Assembly (NCBI GenBank): GCA_043718245.1
Contig: JAYSWB010000029.1
Span: 1-47,048 of the forward strand
Reading direction: 5' to 3'
DNA: 47,048 bases
From: a bacterium
GTDB taxonomy: Bacteria > Patescibacteriota > Minisyncoccia > Phycocordibacterales > CAIZLB01
Of this stretch, positions 43,691 through 47,048 are shown in pieces (the stretch's first letter is position 1; the number at the start of each line of letters is the position of its first letter). A program made the translations under genes and the position numbers. The notes under the pieces are model-generated. The model was given only the letters and a program-made list of their open reading frames with translations, was not told the DNA's origin and did no database searches.

Positions 43691-44482
43691 TTATTCTTTA
43701 CTACTCTTCCAAGCAAGCTCGAATATCATTCTCATCATATTGTGAATGAGTGGGTCCTCAATGATAAGTCCGGTGATATTCTCATCAGACATGTTAACGA
43801 TTGAGACCTTATTGTCTCCGTAAATAGTAATCTCTCCTTTAAAAGGAAACTGTTTTGCAGGAACATAATGCATGACCGGAATAATCTTTTTCTTAAATCC
43901 ATCGTACACACGAGAGTTAAACGTTCTATTTTCAGGAGTATCAGGAATAATACCTCGTGTGGTTATTCCCTTTCGTTCCTTTGTGCGACGATACTTCTCA
44001 AAAAACTCTTTGGGCAAGAAATACTCCAAATGGTTTGCATTTGATATCGCAACCATTTCATAAGGCTTTTCAGTTAAGATATGGTCCTCAAGAACTGTAA
44101 GGATGCCGTCAACACCTTCAAAATAACGTACGCGCGCCTTATTGGCGACCATATTATAAAGACCCTCTAGATCAGGTAGAAGTTGCTCTGTGCGTTCATA
44201 TTGGTCATTAGCCATGGTTATACGCGATTTGGCATGGCGAAGGAGACGGTCGGGGCGTTCAACCGTATAAAAGAGCTTGTTTTTCTTTTCAATCTCATTT
44301 ACTAGCCCTTTCACAGATAAATCCATCAAAATCGCATACACAGTGCTTCTGTTGAGCTTTATCTCTTCTGCGATTTTTGAGGGGTAAGCACCCCCTTTAT
44401 CGATTAAATAGCCATATATTAAGGCCTCTTTTGGAGACAAACCCACACGTTCAAGCTTTTGATTTAGTGAAGTATTGTACAT
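43691..44482 (-). CDS. TrmB-family winged-helix transcriptional regulator
   Basis: LSPKEALIYGYLIDKGGAYPSKIAEEIKLNRSTVYAILMDLSVKGLV is a TrmB-type N-terminal wHTH. A C-terminal domain of about 170 aa follows. Confidence 0.7.
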   Translation of the reverse strand: MYNTSLNQKLERVGLSPKEALIYGYLIDKGGAYPSKIAEEIKLNRSTVYAILMDLSVKGLVNEIEKKNKLFYTVERPDRLLRHAKSRITMANDQYERTEQLLPDLEGLYNMVANKARVRYFEGVDGILTVLEDHILTEKPYEMVAISNANHLEYFLPKEFFEKYRRTKERKGITTRGIIPDTPENRTFNSRVYDGFKKKIIPVMHYVPAKQFPFKGEITIYGDNKVSIVNMSDENITGLIIEDPLIHNMMRMIFELAWKSSKE

Positions 44483-44564
44483 GTAGATATGTTAACAAAT
44501 AACTGAACTTTTGTCAATTAAAACTAACAAAACTACTCATATACTAATAATACCTTTATATAAA

Positions 44565-44577
44565 GCCATATTATGGC
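44565..44577. promoter_or_regulatory. 13-bp perfect palindrome in the divergent promoter region
   Basis: GCCATA-T-TATGGC, lying between the TrmB-like gene (minus) and the desulfurase fusion gene (plus). Confidence 0.3.
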
Positions 44578-44636
44578 CAGATTATGTTAGTACTTTACCT
44601 ATAATATTGCAATGTAGTGTAATGTATGGGGTAATT

Positions 44637-46871
44637 ATGAATGATATAATCCGTAAAAAATTCAAGGTGTTTCGCCAATCCAACTATGTATATTTGGATT
44701 CGGCTGCAATGACCCCTGCCCCAACATCAGTAGTAAACGCTGTTCAGCAAGCGTTGGATTTTAGAGGTAACCCTAATAGAAGCGCGCATCCACTAGCTCA
44801 AAGAAGTGGCCGAATTCACGATGAATCACGAAAGATCGTAGCGGACTTTATTGGTGCGGAATCAGATGAAATTGTTTTTACAAAAAACACCACAGACGGC
44901 ATTAACCTTGCTGTAGAAGGACTATCGCATCTTTTTGAAGATGGTGATGTAATCGTACTATCGACGATGGAGCATCATTCAAATATGCTCCCTTATTTGA
45001 AACTCCGAAGACGTGGAGTCCATACTAAATTTGTACCCACAGATGAACGATGTATTAAACCAGAAGACGTAGTAAAGGCCCTCACGCCGCAAACAAAGAT
45101 TGTTGCAGTTTCTCATTGTTCAAATGTACTTGGAACAATTAATGATGTAATTGCTATTGGAAAAGCAGTCAAAGAATATAACAAAGAGATTATTTACATC
45201 ATAGATGGCGCACAAGCTGTCGCTCACATCCCTGTGAATGTAAAAGAGATTGATTGCGATATGTATGCTTTTTCTGGACATAAGATGTATGGCCCCGACG
45301 GTATTGGTGTACTTTATATTAAAAAGGCAATTCATCATCTCCTCTCACCCGCAAGAGCCGGTGGTGGTACAGTCAATAACGTTGCTATTACTCGTGGAGC
45401 TACACACGATATTATTTCTCCTGATTATGATGGTACTCTTTCGATACTTGAAGGTGGTACACCAAATGTTTCTGGCGCAGCTGGACTAGCTGAAGCTATT
45501 AAATTCTTAAAAAGTATTGGAATGGATAAGATCCGAGAGCATGAGATTAAATTAACCCAGGAGCTTATTGATAGACTCGATAAAATAAATCATCTCATTA
45601 TTCATGGTCCCAAGGATGCTCACAAAAGAGTTGGGCTCATTTCACTTGCCATTGATGGTATATCACCAAAAGAGCTAGGGACATATCTTGCAGGTAATGA
45701 TATTTGCGTACGATATGGTTCACATTGTGCCTTTCCGTTAACAAACGAATTGGGACATGAGACTGTACGACTCAGTATCGGGGTCTATAACACCGAAGCT
45801 GATATTAACCTTGCGGCGGAAGAGATTGAGAGCTTTATTGCAGAGAAAAATGGAGAATCAAAAAACAAGAATCTTCCATTGATTAAAAATATCTCTGTAC
45901 TTAAAAAAGAAGTAGCCATTAACGATATTGCACAAATAGAGAAAAGGGTTAGAGAATTCTCAAAGCAAAGTGATTCTGAAATTCTTATCATGGGTGGCCA
46001 CTTTCTTGGAATTCCAGATGTAAAGGAAAACACTTTTTATCCAAGTATTGCACCGATGATCCCAGAGCGATTACATGGTGTTTTAGAAGAATTTGGTATG
46101 ACAGAATTTCCCTTAGTCACTTTTGATTTGGCTGCTCAGGTGGTTTCAAGACTTAAAAATGACAAAATTAAAGCAAAGTTGTTTATTATCGCTAATGACA
46201 CCACCGGTATCAATGAATTGCGTCTTTCATCTGCAAATAAAGATAAGAAGACCGCTGACCAGTATCGTCAAGAATTACTAGCAAATTTTGCAGGAGAAAT
46301 TGGTATTCCAAATGCGTACATGGACGTACTCAAAAAGTACGATCTCTCCTTAAATGATGTGGTTAAATTTGGTGATAATTACTTTGCTCGAGAAACTATT
46401 CTAAGAAAGAATTTTAAATCTTTTGTCTCAAAAAATAAGAAATTCTTTCATGGGCTTATTGATTATAAAGCTGACGACGAAAGTATTGATGTATCAATTA
46501 AGATTCTCGATGACAATGATGTAAAAACATGTACCTTCGATACTTTCCACTCAAAAACTGGAGGAACTTTCTGTGTTGTTGAAGTTGCACAGGCTTTGGC
46601 AGAATTATTTGGAAAATCAGAAAAGGTAAGTTTTGATTACCTAAATCAAAAGGTGCTTAATCCTCAAATTAAATCTGCAAATAATGCGCTGGTTATGTTT
46701 ACTCCTGCTATGTGTGATGGAGCTGTCACCCGAGGTGGTGAGCTGTACATGAAACTATTCCAACGTGAACATGCTGAGTCTGATTTTATGTTCATAAATT
46801 TACCATTTGGACCTCACACCAAACAATCGCTAAAAGAAGGTGTACTCGCTACTGAAATTATCGGGACATAA
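44637..46871 (+). CDS. class V aminotransferase / cysteine desulfurase (SufS/NifS-like) fused to an unknown ~340-aa C-terminal domain
   Basis: YLDSAA, TKNTT.GIN, SGHKMYGP.GIGVLY (PLP Lys) and RYGSHCAFP (persulfide Cys loop). An unrecognised domain follows residue ~440. The ATG at 44637 is preferred. Confidence 0.75.
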   Translation: MNDIIRKKFKVFRQSNYVYLDSAAMTPAPTSVVNAVQQALDFRGNPNRSAHPLAQRSGRIHDESRKIVADFIGAESDEIVFTKNTTDGINLAVEGLSHLFEDGDVIVLSTMEHHSNMLPYLKLRRRGVHTKFVPTDERCIKPEDVVKALTPQTKIVAVSHCSNVLGTINDVIAIGKAVKEYNKEIIYIIDGAQAVAHIPVNVKEIDCDMYAFSGHKMYGPDGIGVLYIKKAIHHLLSPARAGGGTVNNVAITRGATHDIISPDYDGTLSILEGGTPNVSGAAGLAEAIKFLKSIGMDKIREHEIKLTQELIDRLDKINHLIIHGPKDAHKRVGLISLAIDGISPKELGTYLAGNDICVRYGSHCAFPLTNELGHETVRLSIGVYNTEADINLAAEEIESFIAEKNGESKNKNLPLIKNISVLKKEVAINDIAQIEKRVREFSKQSDSEILIMGGHFLGIPDVKENTFYPSIAPMIPERLHGVLEEFGMTEFPLVTFDLAAQVVSRLKNDKIKAKLFIIANDTTGINELRLSSANKDKKTADQYRQELLANFAGEIGIPNAYMDVLKKYDLSLNDVVKFGDNYFARETILRKNFKSFVSKNKKFFHGLIDYKADDESIDVSIKILDDNDVKTCTFDTFHSKTGGTFCVVEVAQALAELFGKSEKVSFDYLNQKVLNPQIKSANNALVMFTPAMCDGAVTRGGELYMKLFQREHAESDFMFINLPFGPHTKQSLKEGVLATEIIGT

Positions 46872-46888
46872 ACCGATGATTTCAGAAT

Positions 46889-46951
46889 GGGAGGGTAGCT
46901 CAATTGGTGGAGCACTGGTTACATTAGCCAGAGGTTGTGGCGTTCGAATCC
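46889..46951 (+). tRNA. tRNA (anticodon CAT; Met or Ile2), apparently truncated after the T-loop
   Basis: GGGAGGG-TA-GCTC-AATTGGTG-GAGC-A-CTGGT-TACATTA-GCCAG-AGGT-TGGCG-TTCGAAT-C, after which the sequence no longer pairs with the T-stem or the acceptor stem. Confidence 0.5.
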
Positions 46952-47048
46952 TGATGTGTACCCCATTTAGTAGACACTTTTGAAACCCTCTTCCTACCCC
47001 CCTAAGATTTCGCTAAAAGATGATTTCTGTACTCAACAGGAGTCATCT
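46952..47048 (-). mobile_element. end of an IS3-family-like insertion sequence (partial, runs off the window)
   Basis: The segment starts with TGATGTG (IS3-family ends begin 5'-TG). The minus strand at 47002..47046 reads ..MTPVEYRNHLLAKS-stop, resembling the C-terminal SPVEYR tail of rve-type transposases. Confidence 0.35.

Noticed and set aside
44511-44636. N-terminal 42-aa extension of the desulfurase ORF
   Set aside because: It is very AT-rich, promoter-like DNA shared with the divergent TrmB-like gene, and the extension has no aminotransferase similarity. The ATG at 44637 gives a normal N-terminus.
1-47048. CRISPR arrays, retron/DGR reverse transcriptases, rRNA genes
   Set aside because: I found no regularly spaced direct repeats of 25-40 bp anywhere. 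No ORF has a YxDD reverse-transcriptase motif. No rRNA-like sequence was recognised.

Overview
This is an AT-rich, tightly packed bacterial chromosome segment. Its gene content looks like a CPR/Patescibacteria (Parcubacteria-like) genome; that placement is inference from content only. The content includes a type IV pilus set (PilM, PilN/O-like proteins and a pilin) and a glycogen/alpha-glucan cluster (GlgA, GH57, alpha-glucan phosphorylase, cupin-type PGI, PMM-like HAD). It also includes a DEAD-box helicase, L19, RuvX, an RluA-type pseudouridine synthase, an ECF sigma/anti-sigma pair, an NCS2 purine permease and an ABC exporter. I read five intact tRNAs directly from the sequence: Arg-GCG, Ser-TGA, Arg-TCT, Val-TAC and Leu-GAG.

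The accessory content is more interesting.
1. A four-gene minus-strand operon at 39.5-44.5 kb: TrmB-like regulator, orphan Zn-ribbon protein, C5 cytosine methyltransferase split by one in-frame TGA, and a GHKL ATPase with a C-terminal PD-(D/E)xK-like motif. This is my best candidate for an uncharacterised restriction/defence-type system.
2. An integrative element of about 4.8 kb at 17.9-22.7 kb. It carries tandem tyrosine and large serine recombinase genes and ends inside the 3' end of tRNA-Ser.
3. Six single-gene cassettes with visibly higher G+C, each with its own GC-rich terminator hairpin.
4. A YafQ/DinJ-type toxin-antitoxin pair, a Bro-N protein, a solitary MazF-like toxin and an HNH gene.
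5. 45-bp direct repeats derived from the helicase 3' end, flanking a phosphatase gene.
6. A cysteine desulfurase fused to an unknown domain of about 340 aa.
7. A tRNA(CAT) that appears cut in its T-arm by an IS3-like element at the window edge.

All calls come from reading the translations and the DNA by eye. No database search was possible, so every family assignment is a recollection of motifs.
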